Positions 48,568-58,765 of a stretch of DNA of 64,000 nt are shown here, one piece after another (the first letter of the stretch is position 1; each line of letters begins with the position of its first letter). The notes under the pieces were generated by a model, which was not told the DNA's origin, did no database searches, and saw only the letters and a list, made by a program, of their open reading frames with translations. Made by a program: the position numbers and the translations under genes. The stretch comes from Rhodosorus marinus CCMP1338 (taxonomy: Eukaryota > Plantae > Rhodophyta), in contig JAMWBK010000003.1 in the NCBI GenBank assembly GCA_029953675.1, positions 2,046,001 through 2,110,000 of the forward strand. The letters are read 5' to 3'.

Positions 48568-50171
48568 ATGGCTTGTTTTTTAAGCTGGTCTGGAGGCTCA
48601 TCCTTACGCCTGCAGCCGGCTCCAGCGCATCAGATTTGCGGGAGAACGCGTCAAGCTACAGTGCGGAAGTCTGTATTGCTGAAGGCTTCTGTAGAAATGG
48701 ATCAGGTGGTGACGAAGTGTGAAGGCATTGGCATGGAAATGAAGGATTTTGATATGCAAAGCTTGAGCGAGGAGCAGCTGATGGCGCTGACGCTGAGGCC
48801 AAAGATTGTCTACGACCATGGAATTGGTGGCGCCGATCGTCTCGGAGGTTCAGCGAAGAGGTGATGACGCCGTGAGAGAATTCACGAAGAAGTTTGACAA
48901 ACTTGACCTCAGCCAGATCGTTGTCGACCCCAACGCACTCCCGGCTCCAGTGATGGATGATGCCGTTCGGGAGTCTTTTGATGTGGCTTATGACAACATT
49001 CGCAAGTTTCACATCGCGCAGGTACTGAATCGGGCCAAATCAAACCCTTGCCTTTGCCTTGTTGGGATCGTTGCTTCGTTACAGGAATCACGCGATCTCC
49101 GAATGCGCCAAACCTTCTTCTCACGCCGCATATGCCAAACAACCTCACACTTTTCTACAGGCTCGGGAGGAGTTAATCGTTTCCCCAATGGACGGTATAG
49201 AATGCCGACGAGTGTCCAGACCAATCGAACGAGTCGGGTTATATGTTCCCGGGGGAACAGCTGTCCTTCCCTCCACTGCGCTAATGCTTGGCGTCCCGGC
49301 TCAGCTAGCAGGATGTACGGAGATCGTCCTGGCGACTCCGCCTCACACGGATGGTAGCATATGCCCTGAAGTATTGTATGCCGCGCAAAAGTGTGGCGTG
49401 ACGAAGATCCTGAAGGCTGGAGGTGCTCAGGCCATTGCCGCCATGGCGTTCGGGACCGACAGCTGTCCGAAAGTGGATAAGATTTGTGGGCCTGGAAATC
49501 AGTTCGTTACTGCGGCAAAAATGATGCTACAGAACTCTGGAGAGGCATCTGTGGCGATCGATATGCCGGCGGGCCCTTCCGAACAGTTGTGTATAGCAGA
49601 TTCGACTTCCAATCCTAGTTTTGTGGTCTCCGACCTTCTCTCCCAAGCTGAGCACGGTGTCGACTCCCAGGTCGTCTGCGTAGCTCTCGACGGTTTTGAC
49701 AAGGATGTATTTGCAGAGGAGCTGAAGGTTCAGGTGGAGGCGCTTCCTAGGAAGGAATTTGTGGAAGTCGCCTTGTCCAAGAGCATATTTCTCAGGGTCA
49801 GAAACCTCGAGGAGGCTGTGCGTTTTACAAACCTCTACGCGCCTGAGCACCTCGTGATCGCCGTAGATGACCCCGAGGTCTATGTGGAAAAGGTGATCAA
49901 CGCTGGCTCAATCTTTCTGGGCCACTACACCCCGGAATCCGTGGGCGACTACGCGTCGGGGACAAACCACTCACTACCCACGTACGGATACGCGAGAATG
50001 TACGGCGGGGTCAGCCTGGATACTTTTGTCAAGTATATAACTATCCAAAAGCTAACACCGGAAGGTCTTCTCAATGTCGGTCCTCACGTGGAAACAATGG
50101 CAGCCGTAGAGGAGCTTCATGCACATAAGAATGCGGTTACTATTCGACTCTCTCATCTCCAGCAGAGCTAA
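48568..50171 (+). CDS. HISN8: Histidinol dehydrogenase with plastid transit peptide; apparent frameshift at ~48805-48810
   Basis: [14 protein letters not shown]; [15 protein letters not shown]; [28 protein letters not shown]; [16 protein letters not shown]; DMPAGPSE; DLLSQAEHG; YAPEHL; [23 protein letters not shown]; [10 protein letters not shown]. Intron ~49022-49160. Confidence 0.95.
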
Positions 50172-50724
50172 GGGAGGCTTTGCTCCTGTCCCAATAGAAG
50201 TGGAAAAGTACGTTGGATGATTCTGCTCTGGTCCAACACTGCCAGTTTCCAAGTCTTGCCGCTGCGCGGGCGTCGGAAAAGGTGATCCTCTTGGCGAAAG
50301 TGAAGCGATCGTTAAGATGAAGTGATCGTTAAGCTCGCCAACACCTGCCAACCATCCTTATCGGAATGTACCTAATATATCAGTAAACGAAGTGTTCCAA
50401 CTTGCGGAGACCAGGGGTCTTCAAAGGCATAGAAGTTCGCTCTGGTCTTACTCGTTTATTACCGTTGTCTCCTCAAAAAAAAATACACAGTCCGGTTCTC
50501 TCTAGTATACGTGAGCTACCCAGTCGCACTCCAACGTTGTCGATGTGGGAGCATCAGCCAACAGCTCACGCATGTCGTCCTCAAGGAGCTTCAAGGAGCG
50601 CCAACGCACGGATCCTTTCGTCCAGTTCCGCTAATATGCACAATGGTTGCGTATTTCCGGCAGTGGATTATTGTGGTTGACTCGCAGGCACTTGTTCTTA
50701 CAGTCGCCTCTGTTTCTAGAGCCC

Positions 50725-51708
50725 TTATGAAGCACATTTCATACAAAACAGTTCTACCTCGGCTGCTGCAGAATTTACGGAGCTAGTGAAGCTCGACATT
50801 GTCGTCCTGGAGATTGGCTCAGTGAACTGGGTGGATCCTGGTGATCTTCCCATCCACGTCATATCGAAGCAGTGATAGTTTCTGTCCAGAAGAAACGTGA
50901 GAACAATTTCGGGTCTGTTGTGGTCCACCCAATCCAGCTCAATGCCCTCAAAGTTACCATAATTTTCCATAAGCTTTGGACTGAAGGTGAGCACAATGTA
51001 GCGCACGCCGAACTCATCGAACAAATCACGAGAACCCGACAGTATGTCCCCCTCGTAACCTCGAGCGCTTAGTTTATACAGGAAAACTGGCTCGCGGACG
51101 AGTCGGTCGATGGGTAGCATCTCCACGAGCTCGTGGTAGATCTCTGTGCTGTTTTCGGATGTGCAGTGAACGCATGAGAGTTGACTTGTAGTCTTGTGAA
51201 ACTGCATGTTCATGTAGCGTTCTTTTATCCCGGCGGCTTCAGCAACAACCTTGAGCCTTGAATCCATTATCCCTCTCTGGTGTGCCTTCTCGAGGATCTT
51301 TGACACGGTCCGCTTATCCGGTTCAACGGAATAGACCACCCTCCCGGCGTCGAGAGCCGGAAACGTGAGCAGCTCCCCCGCTGACGCCCCTATGTCAACA
51401 ACCGCGCCAGGATATTGAACCGCGAGCAACGTCTTCACCAACTCCGGCTTCTTCAATCCCTTGAGTGCTCTTTGAACTTCCGCGTGGACGTCAGTGGAAA
51501 CGCTAGTTCCAATGCTCGAAAACGCGAGCCCACATACGCTGTTCTCGACTCTCTCTACAGCCTTCAAAAAACTACGCCCTTGGACAGATATTTTTCTGCT
51601 CGAATCCAGCCGCATTTCCCTCCTACCAAGAAAACTCGCCAGGAAGATCATCACCAGGCCAGCCAGGCCGAAGTAGATCGATACTTTCTGCTTTTCCAGA
51701 ATACCCAT
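50725..51708 (-). CDS. FkbM-family SAM-dependent methyltransferase-like protein, type II membrane anchor, intronless
   Basis: Anchor IYFGLAGLVMIFLASFLG; VVDIGASAG; VYSVEPD; LPIDRLV...LYKLSARGYEGDILSG; first ATG at 51708. Confidence 0.8.
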   Translation of the reverse strand: MGILEKQKVSIYFGLAGLVMIFLASFLGRREMRLDSSRKISVQGRSFLKAVERVENSVCGLAFSSIGTSVSTDVHAEVQRALKGLKKPELVKTLLAVQYPGAVVDIGASAGELLTFPALDAGRVVYSVEPDKRTVSKILEKAHQRGIMDSRLKVVAEAAGIKERYMNMQFHKTTSQLSCVHCTSENSTEIYHELVEMLPIDRLVREPVFLYKLSARGYEGDILSGSRDLFDEFGVRYIVLTFSPKLMENYGNFEGIELDWVDHNRPEIVLTFLLDRNYHCFDMTWMGRSPGSTQFTEPISRTTMSSFTSSVNSAAAEVELFCMKCAS

Positions 51709-52870
51709 CGACTTCCCCTTCTTGTTTGAATCCACGGTGATAAAAAAAATTAAAAACGAACAAGCAGGAAAACAATATATAAGCCTTCACCAAAAAGCAC
51801 TCGACGCATCCTCTCCAACCCCAACCACTCCTTCACATCCTCCCGAACACCAAACTCAACTTCCTCCCCAACAAGCCACACCTCATCGAGTCAAACTCTG
51901 AGCGAATTTTCAGCGGCTAGTTTTGACATGTCTAGAAAACCATCCCCGTTTTCAAAATATTGATTTTAGTTTTAATTAGAGCGTTATTATAGGAAGAGGA
52001 ACCCAGTTCTCACTATCCTATAACAACTTATGATGGTGTCATTTTCGAGATGGACATTTTGGAGGGTTTGAGGGCGTTGTTATAGGAAAATTGTTTTTCC
52101 TATAACAACAGAGAGCTGGTTGGTTTAGCTTGGGCCATTGGAGTAGGGGTAGAGGTATTGAGAGATCTATTTGAGTTTGTTCGTGAACGGTTAAGGTTGT
52201 ATATCCCTGACAGATCCGCCTGCTGGAATTCTTCATCCACCACCAGAATAGATCTACGCTTGGCTGCTTTCGAGGACGCTCGCGCGTGCATGCGCGGTGC
52301 CTTTTCCGTTCACCCTGGCGCTTGGAGGGAGTATCTGTCTACGACCACTTATAAGGACGATAGAACGACATCTAGGCCGTTTGAACCTCCATCAAACTGG
52401 CAACCATCGGGCATGAACCCCTCAGGACTTCAGGGGCTGCCTGTGTTTCTACCTAGCTTCGGTTTCTTGTACTTGGATTGACACAGACGTGGTTGTCTGA
52501 GATGGAACGCTTTGGGGAGGCCTGGGATAAGTCACATCTTAGTTGAAACGGCAAAGCCAACACACATGAGTAACCGACACAAGCCACCCAGAACTCCGTC
52601 TCTAGCTGACATTTGACACGTCACCATCGCTGAAAACTAGAAACCAATTTCCGTAAAATATTGGAAAAAAGGATTTCGACTAAGCCTTATCTAAATCATG
52701 ACTCTGCCCGATCTATTTCATGGATACGTTTACTAATCTTTTTGTAATTCAATATATTTAAAGCCTCTGGCTCGCTCTGAATATAAAATTAGAGTGATTC
52801 GAGGCTGTTGAGTCTTAGACAAGCATCCGTCAGCCTTAATCTTAGAATTTGTTGTAGAAGAGACAAACGA

Positions 52871-53060
52871 TAGTATTTGGTATATACGATGTTAAGCATA
52901 CGATGATGAATGGCGAAATGTTACCGCTTTTCTCCATTCACTACCTGAGAGACTCCCAAGGGTAAGACCCCCCGAACAAAAACCCCGCCAACTCTGATAT
53001 AAGTTGTACCCAGAATTCGTTGCTCTACTCCTCTCTTACCTCCCCAAGTTTGGCCTAGAG
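52871..53060. repeat. Dispersed repeat, copy 2 (paired with 40553-40754), abutting the gypsy remnant
   Basis: See the alignment described for copy 1. Confidence 0.75.
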
Positions 53061-53064
53061 CCGT

Positions 53065-54230
53065 GACGAAGTTCGCCGCTACGAAGTCGAGGGTCTGAAG
53101 TACCCTTTCCTCAAGAGCTCGTCTAGTTAGGTCCACAGCTCTCGCCGCTCCAGTGGGCCCAAGTGGACGAGCTCTTGAGGAAAGGGTACACACATCAGAC
53201 CCTCGACTTCACAGTGGTGCGCTCCGGTGTTATTCGTAAAAAAAAAAGAAAACGGGCGAACTTCGTCCGTGCGTAGACTTCAGAGACCATATTAAGGCTC
53301 TACAAGTTTAATCCGGGGTACATCCCCGACCTGCTCCACGGTCTCGACACGGTTTGCAGACGTCAGTCCCATCCCCAGTTCGCCCGGTTACAAGCGTAGC
53401 CCCGGATGCACCACCACCTTGTTGCGCAGCATCCACGGGAGCCCCAACATCATTTGGTTGCCTGGTGTCGACTCTTGGACGTGAAACGTCTCTGTCGCAC
53501 GAATGCGAGTTCCGAAGGCGCCGGATATCACTCGTGTGCTCGCCTCCAGTCGTAAACCGGCACGAGTTGCCGAAGCTTTGGACAGAACATTCGCTTGCGC
53601 CCCCGTGTCGATCCAGCTCGAAAGAGCGTCTTATCTCCAACCTCCGCGTGAAAGGACAACAACCCCGGGGGCTCAGTCTCCACCTTCCCAGCATCGTCGA
53701 GTACCTCCTGAACCACTACAGAAACCTCATTGTCAACTCGATCCTCGCGCGCCGTAGGTGTGGTGGTCTGTCCAGGGCACTGATCCACCCGCGTTACGTA
53801 CTACCACTCCCTCCGCTCCTCGAGACCGGTCGTGGATTGACTCGATCTCGCGCCTTCGTCTACTTTCGCGCACCTTGGTCGATTTATTCTTTCTCAATCC
53901 CCGCCGCGATACGGATAGTCTCCATCGTGGAGGGATCAAACACTCGGACTAACACATGGTAGTTGGGTTGAAGACCATCAAGGTAGCAGCCTCCGACAGG
54001 CAGTCAACAGTCTCGTGGTCAGCCCGCTTCATGGTTCGCAAGTTGTCCATGAACCGCGTGCTGTATTTTTAGGACTTGATTGACTGTCCGTTGTCCTGCC
54101 GGATGCTCCGAAACTTCCTCACCACACCTCATTTGAAGTCGGGATCTATGGAACCGCGGGTAATCACATCCTTGAGGGAATCCCATGGCACAGGTAGTGC
54201 CATGACCGCGTGCTGTACAATTACCAATGG
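53065..54230 (-). mobile_element. Decayed, rearranged Ty3/gypsy LTR retrotransposon remnant (gag - aspartic protease - start of RT)
   Basis: Minus strand: gag-like WDSLKDVI...FRSIRQDNGQSIK and RVFDPSTMETIRIAAGIE; protease WIDTGAQANVLSK...MMLGLPWM (53612-53388); RT start PLERRELWT*LDELLRKGYFRPSTS. A second, inverted RT-start copy on + (53166-53290) reads DELLRKGY/IRPSTSQWCAPVLFVKKKEN/GELRPCVDFR. Multiple stops and frameshifts. Confidence 0.85.
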
Positions 54231-54720
54231 TGTCATCTGGCTCCCTTCCGTTCAGGTTCGCCTCTGCCGTATACTTGCAGCAAAATTTACGTCTGTAGAA
54301 TATTATCGGCGCTGGCACTCTGCTGGCGAACCGATTTTTCGTCCTGCATCTCTCGAATTCCAGGAAGTTTTTGGGTTTCTTGATTGGTGTGGGGCACTGT
54401 AAGACACATCAATTCGATTTGGATCGTATGGGACACTACGGAACCGGCAAAGCCCAGAAGCAGGAGAGAGCGAATAGGAAAATAGCGGTGGCAAGGGGAA
54501 GGATGATACCAAAGTTGCTGGAGAGCCAAATTGGGTCTTGGCCAGAAGAATTTGGTGACGCTAGCAGCATTCTCAGTCTCGCCGTCACCACTACTACTGT
54601 CTTCTTCGCTCCTCTGTTGCTTCTGGGATTTTTCTGGTGCCGCAGGGTTCCACACCCCTTCCATATGCTCTTCAAGCCTAAAGGCTCTCTCCCGCCATCT
54701 CTAAGATCGATTTTGTTAGT

Positions 54721-55490
54721 ACCAACTCAAGCGTTGCTTTCTCTGCAGGTCATAGAAAAAAAGTCCGTTACGTCGCCGTCAGTGACCAAATACAGGTTGG
54801 CCGGTCACTCATTACCGACAGCGCTTCATAAGAGGTTAGCAGTGTACATAAAACCAACCAAACCTCTCACAGCAAAGGCACTGTTCCATTCAACGCAATC
54901 CTTTCGGTTTACGTCACAGTCGGTCGTCATCGACAGTCTTGAACAAGCTAGTTGGTTTGGTCCACATCAAAAAAATTCGATGAGGACAGGCGCATGATGA
55001 ACAGTCCCATGAAAACCAACCCAAACCTGTCCGAGCAAATCAGCCTTTTTTTCTTCTGCTTATTAAGAGAAAATGTCTCACCGTCGGCAGCCAAGTATCG
55101 GGCCAGACCGGGTTGCCGGTCTACCATCATCAAAGACCACTCGGGAGGACGTTGAAGACAGAAATCCATGACAAACCGTCTATTCAAGACCAACCCAATC
55201 TCGTCCTATCAAATCAACGTTTTGTCCTCTGATTTTCGAGAAAAAGTTAGGTACGTCACCGTCGGCGACCAAACGCCGGGCCAGGCTGGGTCGTCGGTCA
55301 GTCATTACTGAATCTATTGGAGAAGACCAGGAAAACAGCGCCATGACAAACAGCCCTGTTGAAAACCAACCCAACCGCGTCCCCGCAAATCAATGCGTTT
55401 TTTCTTCTGCTTATTAAGAAAAAGTCCGGTACGCCACCGTCGGTGACCAAATGAAGAGTCGGTCTGCGGTCAGTAGTCATCAACACCATT
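54721..55490. repeat. Degenerate tandem array, ~175-178 bp monomer, about 5 copies
   Basis: ACCAAC(C/T)CAA-type anchors at 54721, ~54853, 55015, 55189 and 55365; ACCGTCGG-type anchors at 54775, 54916, 55080, 55258 and 55436 (last spacings 178, 178); TTCTTCTGCTTATTAAGA shared by two units. Confidence 0.8.
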
Positions 55491-55619
55491 TGAGGCAACT
55501 TTCCAGGTGGTGAGGTGGCTGGATGGGAAGTCTGGCTGCCAGGGATGGAGAGATTCTGTATTGGATTCGAGTTTTATCTGTAGTCAACAAGGGATTTTAT
55601 TTTCTTGAGACTTCATGAG

Positions 55620-55652
55620 GAGAGCCGAGAGCCGAGAGCCGAGAGTCGAGAG
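55620..55652. repeat. 7-bp microsatellite (GAGAGCC)x4.7
   Basis: GAGAGCC GAGAGCC GAGAGCC GAGAGTC GAGAG. Confidence 0.85.
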
Positions 55653-55833
55653 TTTGGAACCCTTGCACTGTAGTTGTTGGCAGACGTAAAAGACATTGAG
55701 AAGTCGGACTGGAAGGGAAGGATTTGGTGCTAGGTTGGAGTTTTCTCCGTATTCAAGAAAGGAGGTTGCTTATTTTAGGCTTTGTGAGGAGAGTCATCGA
55801 TTTGTGCAGTGGGAGTAGTGATTTTTAGTCAGG

Positions 55834-57863
55834 ATGGTTTTGCTGCTAAGAGCAGCGATTGATGGAGAGATTTCATCATCTGATGGAGTTCAGGTAGTTT
55901 GTGGGTATGCCCAGCTCCTTCGAAAAAATATTGAGCATGCCGGCAGCGCTTATCAGGTACGGAAGGTGTTTGGAACCCAGCTGGTTTTTCTGGAAAAGGT
56001 TCCTGCGAGCGTTTCGTCTCAGCGCTGGTTTATCCCTTTTCTGCTTTCACAGGATAGACTCGTCAATGGCCCCCTGGAGGATGAAACTAGTTCATCGGAG
56101 AAGGTTGATGATGAGACTCGGGGTCAAGGACCTGACACGGACAAGGTCGATCCTCATTGGGAACTGAAGAAGGTCCTAGCACGACCAGAAGAAGATTTCT
56201 ACGAGCTTCTTGGGCTTCAAAAGTTGAGATGGCGGGCTACCGAGGATGACATAAGAAAGGCCTTCCGTAAGATCAGCCTCAAGTACCATCCGGACAAGGT
56301 CGGGGACGTTGGGGAATCTGGAAGAGAGGCCGCCGAAGAATACTACAAAAGGATCCTCAAAGCTTACGAACTGCTAAGTGATAAGAAGAAGCGCGCTGCG
56401 TATGATTCCGTGGACGAGGTCGATGACTCCATTCCTACAGAATCTGAGGTCAACGCTGGCGGCTTTTACGAAAAGCTCAGCAGAGTAAGCGTCAAGCCTC
56501 CGGGCTTTTAACCTCGCTTTGCTTGAAGTCTGAAACATGTTTCTGGCCTTTCCTAATCCCTATAATAGGCCTTTGATACCAATGCAAGATGGTCAGAGAA
56601 TAGAATGCCACGACTTGGCGATGATGAGACGGCTTATGAGGAAGTCGATCGATTCTACGATGCGTGGTTTCGGTTCAAGTCGTGGAGGGAGTTCACTCTA
56701 AACCAGGAGTATGATCCTGATCAGGCTGATTGTCGTGAGGAGCGTCGATGGATGGAGCGACAAAACGCAAAGGTTGCGAAGGGAGCGAAGCAGGCGGAGA
56801 ATGCTAGGATAAGGAAGCTTGTGGAGCTCGCTTACCGGAACGATCCCCGGCTGAAGAAGAGGAGGGAGGAGGAGAAACGGATCAAGGAACAGGCAAAGGA
56901 GGAGAAGAAGAAGAGGTATGAGGAAGCTCAGAGGGCGATACAGCTGGAGCAGGAGCAAGCGCAGAAGAGGAAGGAAGAGGAGGAAGCCAAGCTCAGGGAG
57001 AAGGCGCTGATCGAGAAGAAGGAGCGGGATAAGCAGAAGAGAGTGCTTAGGAAGACCAAGCAGAGGGTTAGGGAAGCTGCGCAGCCGACGACGGTAGATA
57101 GCATCGAGCTTACTGCCATGCTCGAGGAGATTTGCAACGAACTGCAACAGATGGAGCTAAACACGTTCGCAGAGGGGTTGGAGTCGACTGAGGAGCAAGA
57201 TCTCGAGAAAGCAATTCGATCAGAGAAGGCAAGGATTCTAAGACGCGCATCTGAGGATCAAGCTCGTCGAGCAGCCGAACGCGCAAACGGATTGTCGAAG
57301 AACAAGAAAATGGACGACGTGCCTTGGACAGAGGAGGAGAAATCGATGCTCTCCAAGGCACTGGCTAAGTTCCCCGGAGGAACACGAGACCGATGGGAAC
57401 GCGTCGCAGAGTTTGTACAGACAAAGAACGCCGCGCAATGTCTCGCGTAAGAGAATACCAAACGCTGCTCCAACGTTGTCAAAGTTACTTTTTTCTTACT
57501 TGCAACCCTTCGTGAATACACGTCCGCAGGAAGGTGAACTCGTCGAAGACGGCTCGAGCACAGTCTGTAGCAGCTAAGACGCAGAAACCGGATGAGGGCA
57601 AGCGGGTCAGTGGCGGTGCCCGAAAGGATGTCGCTGTTCTGTCCGATGGACCACCCAACTCGTTCAACTTTTCCAAGAAACAGCAAGCTGCTCTGGAGGC
57701 AGCAATGAAACAGTGTCCTCCCAGCCTTGGCGACGCCAGGTGGACAAAGGTGGCTGAAAAAGTTTCACAAAAAACAGCTGATCAATGCGAAGGGAGATAC
57801 AAAGAGCTGGTCACCTTCTTCAAGCAGAAAAAGGAGGCTCAGCAGAAGGGCCAGCAGAAGTAG
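55834..57863 (+). CDS. DNAJC2: Zuotin/MPP11 ribosome-associated J-protein with two SANT/Myb domains; 3 exons
   Basis: DFYELLGLQKLRWRAT; KYHPDK; RAAYDSVDEVDDSIP; NARWS...PRLGD; FYDAWFRFKSWREF; REERRWMERQN; RIRKLVELAYRNDPR; WTEEEKSMLSKALAKFPGGTRDRWERVA; second SANT ARWTKVAEKVSQKTADQCEGRYKEL. Confidence 0.95.
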
Positions 57864-58765
57864 TCAGCAGCTGACGTCTCCAGCATGCTGTTCCATCCAG
57901 CACAGTCCGATCCTGTACAAATGTATTTCGATTGAACCAGGTCGTAAGTTGCGGTCACATATTGTAAAACGACTATTTAAGCGCTGAGTAGGATATCGAA
58001 TCAGTAGCAATTTTCTCCTACCTCAACCGCGTGGGATTCTGGAGTGGTTCATTATCTCGAAGCAGCAGAGCCGATGCACTATCTGGAGACATCCAACGTG
58101 CTTGGGGCGGTTCTTTCCTCGACTAGCGTACCCAAGACAGACACCTCGGTCTTGAATAGATCAGACAGCTCTAAACGGATGGTAGCTTGAACAGCAGTCA
58201 GCTTTGCATTGCCAAAAACGTCGTGTTGGGTTCTGCGTTTGCGTCGGAGGGCTCCTCCTGCTCCTTTCAAGGGAGCCATCCACATAATCCAGGCGTGTTT
58301 CGTAACATCCCCGCGGGGCCGATGGACCACGAGCAAAAGGCAGGAATCTTGAAAAATCCGGCAAACTAGAAAAAGGGAGTTCTCATCATCCCTCCATCGA
58401 TCCTAATGAGAGTTAGCTCTCCAGATCAAGACGCAACACATACCAGTCGAGCTCCCACCGGACTCGCCAACCTTACTCTCAGGGCAACCGACCCATAAGA
58501 ACCATTTAAGTGTCAAAATAATTCAATCCATATAATAGATTGAGGCTACTAATAAACTTCGAATTATATTTTACAGCAGTCATTATTGGCAATATTGATT
58601 TAGTTAAGCTATGATCATTAAATGGATTGTTCTGGAATTTTGCCTCAACCGGGAGGGATTTTGGGAGATAGGTACTGAGGAAGACTGGTTTCCGGCTGGT
58701 GACGAAAACTGGTGGTGCAGTGGTTATGGGTTCGACAGGTTTGTATTGGATTTGGAACAGCGTAG

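Noticed and set aside
52086-52481. YNNRELVGLAWAI resembling a gypsy RNase H motif
   Set aside because: A single short motif with no flanking RNase H signatures.
53320-53360. CKPCRDRGAGRGC as a gag zinc knuckle
   Set aside because: It lacks the His and correct spacing, and lies after the protease rather than before it.
53354-53962. 202-aa plus-strand ORF first read as an RT continuation (GAPTSFGCLV)
   Set aside because: The opposite strand carries a much clearer protease and gag signal, so this is an antisense shadow.
54721-55490. CRISPR-like interpretation of the spaced repeats
   Set aside because: Whole monomers are homologous rather than identical short repeats with unique spacers; the context is eukaryotic with no cas genes.
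596-57863. Apparent cluster of translation and protein quality-control genes (NEMF, UBR4, IGHMBP2-like, ZUP1, DNAJC2)
   Set aside because: These are large functional categories spread over 57 kb with unrelated genes between them; there is no evidence of co-regulation.
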